Positions 16,307-24,818 of a stretch of DNA of 64,000 nucleotides are shown piece by piece. The DNA comes from Candidatus Forterrea multitransposorum CG_2015-17_Forterrea_25_41. GTDB taxonomy: Archaea; Iainarchaeota; Iainarchaeia; Iainarchaeales; CSSED10-239. A model generated the notes under the pieces. It made no database searches. It had not been told where the DNA came from and saw nothing but the letters and a program-made list of their open reading frames with translations. The stretch spans positions 1 through 64,000 of the forward strand of contig CP045477.1 of the NCBI GenBank assembly GCA_009392915.1, read 5' to 3'. The translations under genes and the position numbers were made by a program. Each line of letters opens with the position of its first letter. The first letter of the stretch is position 1.

Positions 16307-18844
16307 ATGGATGATGCAAATTTAATGCTTTTAAAAAAGAAAGTAAAAGCTATAAAACAATATAAAGGCCAAGGTACTCAACTTATAAGTCTTTATCTTC
16401 CACCTGATGCAGATAGAAGTTCTGCAACAAAACAATTAACTGATGAAATGAGTCAATCTTCAAATATTAAGAGTGCTCAGACTAGAAAAAATGTACAAGC
16501 AGCTTTAAAAAGAATTATTAATTATTTAAAACAAATTGATTTTAAACTTCCTGAAACAGGTTTAGTTTTATTTTCTGGAGATGTTTCAACTAATCCTTCT
16601 AAATCAGATGTAATTTTACTTGCAATTGCACCTCCTGTAAGACTTACAACTAAGCTTTATTGGTGTGATTCAACATTTCACATAGCTCCTTTAGAAGATA
16701 TGGCACAAACAGATGATGTTTATGGTTTAGTTGTTCTTGACAAACGAGAAGCAACAGTTGCTATTTTAAGAGGAAAATCTAAAGAAATTCTTTTTTCAGA
16801 AACCTCAAATGTTCCTGGTAAAACAAAAGCCGGGGGGCAATGTTTAAAAGATGCTTTTGTATCTTTATCTGATGGGAATTTAATAGATGTTAGTGAAATT
16901 TCTAAAAAGGATATTCTTTCTTCTATGAATTTTAAACAAAATAAATTAATTAATTCTAAGGTTTTAGATAATTGGTCAGTTTCTAAAAATAAAACATATA
17001 TTATTAAAACAAAAGCTCCTGGTACAGAAATAAAAGCTAGTGAAGATCATATATTTTTTGTTTTAACTCCAGATGGTGTTGTTGAAAAAGCTTCAAAAGA
17101 TTTAACTTTAAATGATTATTTGTTATTTCCAGAAAAATTATCTTATAAAAATAAAATTTGGTCTTTTGATACTAAAAAATATATTTCTAAATTAAATAAA
17201 CCTTCTATAAAGATACCTATAAAACTTAATAATGTATTTGCTAAATTTTTAGGTTATTTATTAGGTGATGGTTCTATTGAAACTGATAGATTAACTTTTT
17301 ATGAATCTAGAAAAGATGTTATTTTAGAATATAAAAAGTTATTTGATAAATATTTTAATGTAAATTCTTCTTTAACTTTTAGAGATTCTAAAAATTATTA
17401 TCAATTAAGAGTTAATTCAACTGCTCTTGTAAGATTAATTAAAGAAGAATTTAAGGAAATTAAAAAAGCAAGAGATTCTTTAATACCTTCTAAAATATTA
17501 ACTTCTTCTAATAAAATATTAGCTAATTTTTTAAAAGGATTTTATGATGCTGAAGGTTATATTAATACTTCTAGAAAATCAATAGATATTGGAATAAATA
17601 ATAAAAAAATTGCACAACAACTTCAATTATCATTATTAAGATTTTCAATTATTGGATCTTTACAAGAATATGATAATAAACAAAATCCTTATACAAATAA
17701 CCATAGGTTTGTGATTTCAATTTCTGATAAAGAGTCAATAGATTCTTTTGAAAAAAATATTAATTTTACTTCTTTTGAAAAGCAAAAAAAAATAAAAAAA
17801 ATTCAAAAATTAAAAACAAACATGAGTTTCTCAAGAACACTTCCTGTATATGGTAGTCAGGTTAGATCTGTTGTTACAAAACATGGTTATAATTTAGAAC
17901 TTTTCCCAAAAGTGAGTAGTTTTTTCAATAATAATAGAATGCTTAGTAAATGCTTTTTTAAAAGTTCTGTTTTAGATTATGTTAAAGATAAATCTCTTTT
18001 AAAAGATTTAATTAAATTTTATAATATGCCATTTTTTGCTGCAAAGATAAATTCTATATTTATTGAAAAAAAGAAAACAATTATGACAGACATTTCTGTT
18101 GCTAATAAATCTTTTATTGCAAATGGATTAATTGTTCATAATTCAGCACATAGATTCGAAAGACTAAGAGATAAATATGAAGAAGAGTTTTATAAGAGAG
18201 TAGGTTCTAAAGTAAATACTGCTTTTGTAGATCTTGATAATTTTAAAGGAATGATTGTTGGTGGTCCTGGACTTACTAAAAATGAATTTTTAGAAATTGG
18301 TGATTTAGACCACAGAATAAAAGATAAAGTTTTAGGAACTGTAGATACTTCTTATACAGATGAGTCAGGTATAAAAGAAGTTTTAGATAAATCTGAAGAT
18401 ATTTTAAAAGAAACTGGTTTAGTTCATGAAAGAAAATTAATTAATAAGTTTTTTGAAGACTTAGCAAAAACAGGCCTTGCAAATTATGGTTTTCAAGATG
18501 TAATTGATGCCTTAAATATTGGTAAAGCTTCAACTGTTTTAGTGTCTGAAGGTTTAGAATGGACTGTTTTAATTTTTAAATGTTTATCAGACAAATCTAG
18601 ATTTATAAAAATTGTTAAAGATAAACATGAAGTTTCTGATACTATCTCAAAATTTGAAAATTCTCCAACAGATTGTCCAGAAGGTAAAGCAGAACTTGTT
18701 GAAGAAGTTGATATATATGATTATTTTATAGATATTTCTAAAAATACAAGTGCAAAAGTTGAACTTATTTCTATTGAAACTTTAGAAGGTAAACAATTTT
18801 TTGAAACTTTTGGAGGGCTTGCAGCTTTCTTAAGATATAGGTAA
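16307..18844 (+). CDS. prf1: peptide chain release factor aRF1, interrupted by an intein
   Basis: The exteins join to ...VPGKTKAGGQ|SAHRFERLRDKY..., the canonical aRF1 GGQSxxRF region. NIKS-like SNIKSAQTR in the N-domain. Confidence 0.9.
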   Translation: MDDANLMLLKKKVKAIKQYKGQGTQLISLYLPPDADRSSATKQLTDEMSQSSNIKSAQTRKNVQAALKRIINYLKQIDFKLPETGLVLFSGDVSTNPSKSDVILLAIAPPVRLTTKLYWCDSTFHIAPLEDMAQTDDVYGLVVLDKREATVAILRGKSKEILFSETSNVPGKTKAGGQCLKDAFVSLSDGNLIDVSEISKKDILSSMNFKQNKLINSKVLDNWSVSKNKTYIIKTKAPGTEIKASEDHIFFVLTPDGVVEKASKDLTLNDYLLFPEKLSYKNKIWSFDTKKYISKLNKPSIKIPIKLNNVFAKFLGYLLGDGSIETDRLTFYESRKDVILEYKKLFDKYFNVNSSLTFRDSKNYYQLRVNSTALVRLIKEEFKEIKKARDSLIPSKILTSSNKILANFLKGFYDAEGYINTSRKSIDIGINNKKIAQQLQLSLLRFSIIGSLQEYDNKQNPYTNNHRFVISISDKESIDSFEKNINFTSFEKQKKIKKIQKLKTNMSFSRTLPVYGSQVRSVVTKHGYNLELFPKVSSFFNNNRMLSKCFFKSSVLDYVKDKSLLKDLIKFYNMPFFAAKINSIFIEKKKTIMTDISVANKSFIANGLIVHNSAHRFERLRDKYEEEFYKRVGSKVNTAFVDLDNFKGMIVGGPGLTKNEFLEIGDLDHRIKDKVLGTVDTSYTDESGIKEVLDKSEDILKETGLVHERKLINKFFEDLAKTGLANYGFQDVIDALNIGKASTVLVSEGLEWTVLIFKCLSDKSRFIKIVKDKHEVSDTISKFENSPTDCPEGKAELVEEVDIYDYFIDISKNTSAKVELISIETLEGKQFFETFGGLAAFLRYR
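16841..18142 (+). mobile_element. intein (434 aa) with LAGLIDADG homing endonuclease, inserted after the GGQ motif of aRF1
   Basis: Starts with Cys (CLKDAFVSLSDG, block A) and ends ...GLIVHN followed by Ser. LAGLIDADG blocks LGYLLGDGS and LKGFYDAEGY. In frame with the aRF1 exteins. Confidence 0.85.
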
Positions 18845-18856
18845 GGTGTTATTTTT

Positions 18857-19363
18857 TTGATAAAGACATTTAAAGCAAGAAAGATTACAAAAACTAATAT
18901 TGGTTCTAAATGTGGAATCGTAGATATTCGTAAAAGAATTCTAGAAAATAAAACTTATTCTATTTCCTATACTATAAAAGGTAAGTCTTTAGAACTTAAT
19001 TTTTTAAAACGATATCGAAAATCTAATCTTAGTGATTTTAAAAATATTTATTCTGATCTTTTAAATATTGCAAAAGAAAAAAAAGTTAAAAAAATATATA
19101 CTAGTTCTTGGGTATTTTCAGAAACTAAAGGTTTATCTGAAAGATTAGGTTTTAAACTTGTTAAGGGTACTGATAAAAAATTAAATCTAATTAAAGAAAA
19201 ATATCCTGATTATAAAATTATAGGTATTGAACAAAGATTTTCTACAGATTCAATAAATTATGGTGTAATTCCTTGTTTAGTTTTAGAAAATAAATCTTTA
19301 AAAAAAGAAGTTATAATAAATATGGATAAAAATATGCTCCCAATATATGTAAAGGAACTTTAA
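18857..19363 (+). CDS. hypothetical protein
   Basis: 168-aa ORF with a TTG start and no recognisable motifs. Confidence 0.3.
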   Translation: MIKTFKARKITKTNIGSKCGIVDIRKRILENKTYSISYTIKGKSLELNFLKRYRKSNLSDFKNIYSDLLNIAKEKKVKKIYTSSWVFSETKGLSERLGFKLVKGTDKKLNLIKEKYPDYKIIGIEQRFSTDSINYGVIPCLVLENKSLKKEVIINMDKNMLPIYVKEL

Positions 19364-19366
19364 ATT

Positions 19367-20638
19367 ATGGATTATAGATATGTTACAGATACAAAAGGTT
19401 TAGGTGGAAGAATAAAACAACTTCCACAAGATTTCATTGTTGAGGAAATTGGTTTAGATTATGAAACTTCTGTAAAATACTTGCCTGATAAAAAAATAGA
19501 AACTATTGATTGGGAAAAAATATTTGAAAATAAAGAAGAAGGAAAAGATCATTTAATTTTAGATTTAGAAAAACATAATCTTTCTACTATGCAGGCAATT
19601 TCTCAAATGTCAAGATTTTTAAGACTTTCAAAATCAAGATTTGGTTATGCTGGATTAAAAGATAAAAGATCTATTTCTTCTCAAAAAATTTCTCTTTATA
19701 ATCCTGAATTGGAAAGACTTTCAAAATTTTATTTTAAAGACATTAAAACATATAACCCTTTTTGGTCTTCTAAAAAAATAGATATTGGTGATTTAAAAGA
19801 AAATAGATTTATTATAACTATTAGACAAATAGAAGGATTATCAAAAGAAGAAATAAAAGAAATTATTGAAACAAATTTTCTTAAAATAAATCAAAAAGGA
19901 TTAATTAATTATTTTGGTGAACAAAGGTTTGGAGGAGCAAGGGAAGTTACTGCTAAAGTTGGAAAACATTTAATATTAAAAGAATATAAAAAAGCAATTA
20001 TGCTATACTTAACCTCTCCTTCTCCTTATGAAGATCAAGATTTAAAAAATGCAAGAGAAGATATTTTAAAAACAAATGATTTTAAAAAATGGGCTTCTTC
20101 TTTTCCATCTAAATCTGGTTTTGAAGTTCCTATTTTAAATCATTTAGCAATTAATCCTGAAGATTATTTAGGAGCTTTTAAATCTCTTTCAAAATCTATG
20201 CAATATTTATTTATTCATGCTTATCAATCTTATTTGTTTAATGAAATTATTAATTATAGAATTGATAAAGGTTTATTTTTAAAACCATTAGATGCTGATA
20301 ACGTTATAAATGGTGTTTTACATTTACCTTTATTTGGTTATGATTCTAAATTTTTAGATGGTAGGGCAGGAGAAATTGAAAAAGAAATTTTTAAAAGAGA
20401 AGGAATTGATTTTAGACATTTTTTTAATAAAGATTATTCTGTTCTTTCTTGTAGAGGAGACTTAAGGCCAGTTATTACTTTTCCAAAAGAATTAAAGTTA
20501 ATTTCTATAGAGGAAGATGATTTAAATCAAGAAGAAATTCCAGGATCAAAAAAAGCAACAATTTCTTTTATTTTAGATAAAGGGCAATACGCCACTGTCT
20601 TGATTAGAGAGATTATTAAAAAAGAAAATATTGGTTAA
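19367..20638 (+). CDS. truD: tRNA pseudouridine synthase TruD/Pus7 family
   Basis: GYAGLKDKRS catalytic motif and FGEQRFG motif. Confidence 0.85.
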   Translation: MDYRYVTDTKGLGGRIKQLPQDFIVEEIGLDYETSVKYLPDKKIETIDWEKIFENKEEGKDHLILDLEKHNLSTMQAISQMSRFLRLSKSRFGYAGLKDKRSISSQKISLYNPELERLSKFYFKDIKTYNPFWSSKKIDIGDLKENRFIITIRQIEGLSKEEIKEIIETNFLKINQKGLINYFGEQRFGGAREVTAKVGKHLILKEYKKAIMLYLTSPSPYEDQDLKNAREDILKTNDFKKWASSFPSKSGFEVPILNHLAINPEDYLGAFKSLSKSMQYLFIHAYQSYLFNEIINYRIDKGLFLKPLDADNVINGVLHLPLFGYDSKFLDGRAGEIEKEIFKREGIDFRHFFNKDYSVLSCRGDLRPVITFPKELKLISIEEDDLNQEEIPGSKKATISFILDKGQYATVLIREIIKKENIG

Positions 20639-20803
20639 AATAAATATATTTGTTTTTTAGTGGAAAAATAATTTATGGTCCAAAAGGAATTCAGTGGATT
20701 TATAAACCTCCATTATATCTAAAGGACATAAAAAAAAGTACTTTGGAGATTTAACTTAAAATCTAAATAATATAATAAATTGAATTGATATAAATAAAAA
20801 GGA

Positions 20804-21088
20804 GTGATGAAAAATATGAAAAAAGAAGTTTTAGAAAAACTAAATATATTATTAACTAGTGCTTTTGGTTTAGTTGCTGCTCTTGCATGGAATGATGCTA
20901 TTAAAGCTTTGTTCGTTGCTATTTTTGGACAAGCTGGAACAATAATTGCAATGTTTTTATATGCTATAGTGGTTACAATAATAGTTGTTTGGGTTACAAT
21001 GAGACTTTCTATTTTTTCTGAAAAAACTGGTGACTTAGCAAATAAAGTTGTAAGTACTGCTAAAAAACCTTTAAAGAAAAAGAAGTAA
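20804..21088 (+). CDS. small two-TM membrane protein (DUF5654-like)
   Basis: LTSAFGLVAALAWNDAIKALF pattern, lysine-rich tail. Confidence 0.45.
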   Translation: MMKNMKKEVLEKLNILLTSAFGLVAALAWNDAIKALFVAIFGQAGTIIAMFLYAIVVTIIVVWVTMRLSIFSEKTGDLANKVVSTAKKPLKKKK

Positions 21089-21126
21089 CTTATTTTTTAA
21101 AAAAAGTGAAAAAGTAAAGAAAAATT

Positions 21127-23268
21127 TTATTCTTTCTTTATTTTTTCATTTATTGTTTTTTCTTGATATTCAATTTTTAATTCTTTTAAAGTATCAAGTC
21201 CAAATTTTCCAACTAAATTAATAAATTTGTCAGTATTATTTTTAATATCGTTAGCGCTCTTTATACCATTATTAAAAAGTCTTCTAGCTCTTACTCTTCC
21301 AATATTTCTAAGTTCAACTAATGGAACAAGTTCTTGTTTAATACCATACTTAATCCTAGAAAGAAGATTTGAATATTCTTTTATAGTTATAATACTTGAT
21401 TTAGTGTGTTTTAAAAGTTCAATTGTAGAGTGACAGATCCATTCTGCTCTTGATATTAAATCTCTTATTTGTCCTGGTGTGGTATTATACTCATCAATAA
21501 TGTAGTTTTCTTCTTTTTCTTCAATCCAGTCAGCTATAAGTTTTGTTAAATATATTTTTTGTAAAAGATAAATATCTTCATAATCAAAGAAAATATTAGG
21601 TCTAATTTCTTCAAAGATTGTAAATATATTATTTTCTTTTTCTTGTTTATATTTTAAATATGGATACATTTCAGATGTGTTTGAAATAGTAAATATTTTT
21701 TCCATAATTTTAGTATCTTTATTTTTTTTAATCTCAAGATCTTTTAAAATATTATTTGCAGATAATGGATCAATGTATAAATAACATACTTTTTTACCAA
21801 GAGAAGTTATTAAAAAATCATTTTCATTTTTCTCTAAAAAACCATATTCATAGAATTCATAGACAATATCTTGTATATTTTTTCTAATTTCATGATTATC
21901 TCCATATGTGAAATAGTAAAATGTTTTTGATAAATAATTAATAAGTTCTTCTATACTTTTTAGTTCATTAACTAAAATCATAGAAAGCAAATGTCCTCTA
22001 AGAATATTTATTTTAGAAAGTTGAGAATCTATATTGGAAGGACCAGAAATAATATATGTGTTGTATATCTTTGGAATATCACTTTCTTTATTTACAACAC
22101 AAATAGCTTCTCCTTTTTTATCATATTTAGGTCTTCCTGCTCTTCCTGCCATTTGTTGAAATTCATTAACCGGTATTGGAACCATTGATCCTTCTGAAAA
22201 TCTAAACACACTATTAATAACAACTCTATATGCAGGTAAATTAATTCCTGCTGCAAGAGTTGGTGTTGCAAAAATTGCTTTAATATTTCCTTTTTTAAAA
22301 TTATTTTCAACAATTTCTCTTTGTTTATAAACAAGTCCTGCATGATGGAAAGCAGACCCCATTAAAAGAGAAAGAGAAAGTTCTTCACATTGTTTTGTAG
22401 GATTTTCTAAGGCTTCAAGAGCTTCTTTTGAAATTTGTCTTAGTTTTTTATATTCTTCTGGATTTATATGGGTTGATATTATTTTTCCATATTTTTTAGC
22501 AAACGACATTGCATTTTTTCTAGATGCACAAAAAACAATAATTTGTTTTTCTTTTTTTAAAGTGTCTCTAATGATTGATCCTAAATTAATGTTTTTAACT
22601 GCAAGAGAAGTTAAATCTTCTTTTCTATCTTCAAAATAAATAGAGTCGTTATAAAAAACCCCAGTCTCTAAAGGAACTGGCCTATAATTACTTAAAACTA
22701 GTTTTGCAGAAAGCCAATCAGATATTTCTTTTGAATTTTTAATAGTTGCAGATAAACCTAAAAGAGTAATTTCCTTGTAGTTATGTTTTAGTTGTGTTAT
22801 TATTACTTCTAAGGTAGATCCTCTGTTTGATCCAAGTTCATGTATCTCATCAATGGTTAAAAGTCCAACTTGTTTAAGCCAGGATGGCTCATGTCTTATG
22901 ATTGAATCAAATTTTTCGTATGTTAAAAATAAAACATCATAACTTTCAAGATATTTATTACTTGAATCAAGATCTCCTGTTGAGAGTGCTATTTTTACAT
23001 CAAGTTCTTTTGCAAACTTTCTTTTAGTTTCAAGATAATGTTCTGTAGTTAATGCTTTTAAAGGAGATATATATATTACTTTTTTTTTCTTATTTAAAAG
23101 ACAATCAAGCATATACATTTCAAAGACTGTTGTTTTACCTGAAGCAGTAGGTGTTGTTATGAGTGTATTTTCTCCTATGTTTTCTTTTGCTAAGATTTGC
23201 ATAGGGTTAAGTTTATCATAACCGTTAATCTTTAAGATTTTTTGAATAATTTCTTCTTTTGAATGCAT
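21127..23268 (-). CDS. hel308: Ski2-like DNA helicase Hel308
   Basis: Motifs TPTASGKT, DEIH, SAT and QMAGRAGR, with C-terminal HhH-like domains; 713 aa. Confidence 0.85.
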   Translation of the reverse strand: MHSKEEIIQKILKINGYDKLNPMQILAKENIGENTLITTPTASGKTTVFEMYMLDCLLNKKKKVIYISPLKALTTEHYLETKRKFAKELDVKIALSTGDLDSSNKYLESYDVLFLTYEKFDSIIRHEPSWLKQVGLLTIDEIHELGSNRGSTLEVIITQLKHNYKEITLLGLSATIKNSKEISDWLSAKLVLSNYRPVPLETGVFYNDSIYFEDRKEDLTSLAVKNINLGSIIRDTLKKEKQIIVFCASRKNAMSFAKKYGKIISTHINPEEYKKLRQISKEALEALENPTKQCEELSLSLLMGSAFHHAGLVYKQREIVENNFKKGNIKAIFATPTLAAGINLPAYRVVINSVFRFSEGSMVPIPVNEFQQMAGRAGRPKYDKKGEAICVVNKESDIPKIYNTYIISGPSNIDSQLSKINILRGHLLSMILVNELKSIEELINYLSKTFYYFTYGDNHEIRKNIQDIVYEFYEYGFLEKNENDFLITSLGKKVCYLYIDPLSANNILKDLEIKKNKDTKIMEKIFTISNTSEMYPYLKYKQEKENNIFTIFEEIRPNIFFDYEDIYLLQKIYLTKLIADWIEEKEENYIIDEYNTTPGQIRDLISRAEWICHSTIELLKHTKSSIITIKEYSNLLSRIKYGIKQELVPLVELRNIGRVRARRLFNNGIKSANDIKNNTDKFINLVGKFGLDTLKELKIEYQEKTINEKIKKE

Positions 23269-23405
23269 ATTTATTTTTTTAAAAAATTTATTTTTCTGTT
23301 TATATATTATTTTTTTCTTTCTATATATTATTATAAAGAAGATAATATAATACCTCTTTTTATTAATTAATTACTTTTAAAAAGATTATTATAAATAATA
23401 TATTT

Positions 23406-23609
23406 ATGGATATAAATAATAAATTATCTAAAAATCTAAAGTTAGCTTTTAAAGCATATGAAACAAGAAGTATTTCTTTATCAGAGGCAGCAGACATCGC
23501 TGGTATTTCATATAAGGATTTTTTAGATAAAATGGCTGTAAATAATGTTAAGTTTGATTTTTCAAGTATTGGAAAAGATGTGAACTATTTTGTTAAGAAA
23601 ACTAAGTAG
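23406..23609 (+). CDS. UPF0175-like small HTH protein (putative orphan antitoxin)
   Basis: SISLSEAADIAGISYKDFLDKM matches the UPF0175 pattern. No PIN/DUF3368 partner follows; the IS element starts 17 bp downstream. Confidence 0.4.
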   Translation: MDINNKLSKNLKLAFKAYETRSISLSEAADIAGISYKDFLDKMAVNNVKFDFSSIGKDVNYFVKKTK

Positions 23610-23653
23610 TTTAATCTTTTTTTATAATTGTGTTGCATAACTCTTTTTAAAAG

Positions 23654-23699
23654 TATTGTCTAACCTATTTTATTACTAGATAAAGGAGGTTAGACAATA
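23654..23699 (+). promoter_or_regulatory. 13-bp perfect stem-loop occluding the transposase SD and start codon
   Basis: TATTGTCTAACCT (23654-23666) pairs with AGGTTAGACAATA (23687-23699). The right arm covers part of GGAGG and the A of the ATG. Confidence 0.5.
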
Positions 23700-24661
23700 T
23701 GAATATTAAGAACGAAAAGATTAATAAAAGGAACTGGTCAAAGATAAATTATGGAAAAACAAGACAAATCTTGTTTTTACTAGATAAAAACATTATTTTT
23801 AGTGAAAATGAAAGACTAGTTTCCCAAAATAAAAACAAACCAGGAAGACAATTTATATATAGTGATAGAATAATAGAACTATTAATTGATCTTAAAAATT
23901 ATTTTAAATTTGATTATCGTAAACTACAGGCATTCTGCCTGTTGTTTAATAATGTTATAAAAATAAAAACACCTGACTTTACAACTATTTGTAGAAGAAT
24001 GCACAAATTAGAATTATTTCTAAAAAATATAAAAACAAAAAAAGAACCAACCTTTATAGCTATAGATGGTTCTGGACTTCAAACTACTAATCGAGGAGAA
24101 TGGCTTAGATTAATACACAAAAAAGGAAAAATAAACTTAAGAAATGGATTTGTAAAATTAGTGATTGCAACAGATGTTGCATCTGGAGAAATAACTGGAG
24201 TGTATATTTCAGATGATTCTGATTTTGAAAATAAAAGCTTATCAGATTTATTATACCAAACAATAAATAATCAAAACCAAGAAGTCAAAGGACTTCTTGG
24301 AGATGGGGCATACGATTCTTATGATAACTTTGATATGCTTGATGATATGGGAATAAAACCAATTATCAAAATCAGAAAGAATGCAATTACAACAGAACCT
24401 AATGACGATTATTTAAAAAGAAGAAGAAAACTTGGAAAAAAGAAAAAAATAAAAAGAATTGAAGTTGCAAAAAAGCAACTTAAAAATGTAGATGACTGGA
24501 AACAAAAAAATGAGTATAATAAAAGGTGGGTTGTTGAATACACGTTTAGTGTATTCAAAAGACTATTCGGACATAGTGTGTACTCTAAAAGAAAGAAATA
24601 TGTCAAAAATGAAGTAATTTCTAAAGTAAATTTGTATAATAAATTATTAAATATCAATTAA
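23699..24661 (+). CDS. DDE transposase, IS4/IS5 superfamily
   Basis: D (IAIDGSG), D (LLGDGAYDS) and an exact Y-x2-R-x3-E-x6-K signature (YNKRWVVEYTFSVFK). Confidence 0.85.
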   Translation: MNIKNEKINKRNWSKINYGKTRQILFLLDKNIIFSENERLVSQNKNKPGRQFIYSDRIIELLIDLKNYFKFDYRKLQAFCLLFNNVIKIKTPDFTTICRRMHKLELFLKNIKTKKEPTFIAIDGSGLQTTNRGEWLRLIHKKGKINLRNGFVKLVIATDVASGEITGVYISDDSDFENKSLSDLLYQTINNQNQEVKGLLGDGAYDSYDNFDMLDDMGIKPIIKIRKNAITTEPNDDYLKRRRKLGKKKKIKRIEVAKKQLKNVDDWKQKNEYNKRWVVEYTFSVFKRLFGHSVYSKRKKYVKNEVISKVNLYNKLLNIN

Positions 24662-24791
24662 GAAAAAAATAAAATGAATTAAAAAAAGAAATAAGCTAAA
24701 AATATTGTGTAAAACACAATATTTGTGCAACACAATTTTTTTTATCTTTTTTAGTTACATTTATAAATATAATCTTCTTTAATATTAGTAC

Positions 24792-24804
24792 CTTATATAT
24801 ATTA
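24792..24804 (+). promoter_or_regulatory. TATA-box-like element upstream of the DGR target gene
   Basis: CTTATATATATTA lies 15-27 bp upstream of the ATG at 24819, between the IS right end and the gene. Confidence 0.3.
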
Positions 24805-24818
24805 TACTCAGATCATTT

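Larger units (their letters stand above)
23626..24737 (+). mobile_element. IS5-family (ISH1-group-like) insertion sequence, about 1.1 kb
   Basis: 12-bp terminal inverted repeats AATTGTGTTGCA (23626-23637) and TGCAACACAATT (24726-24737). Flanked on both sides by the direct repeat TTTTTTAT. Contains a single transposase ORF. Confidence 0.75.
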
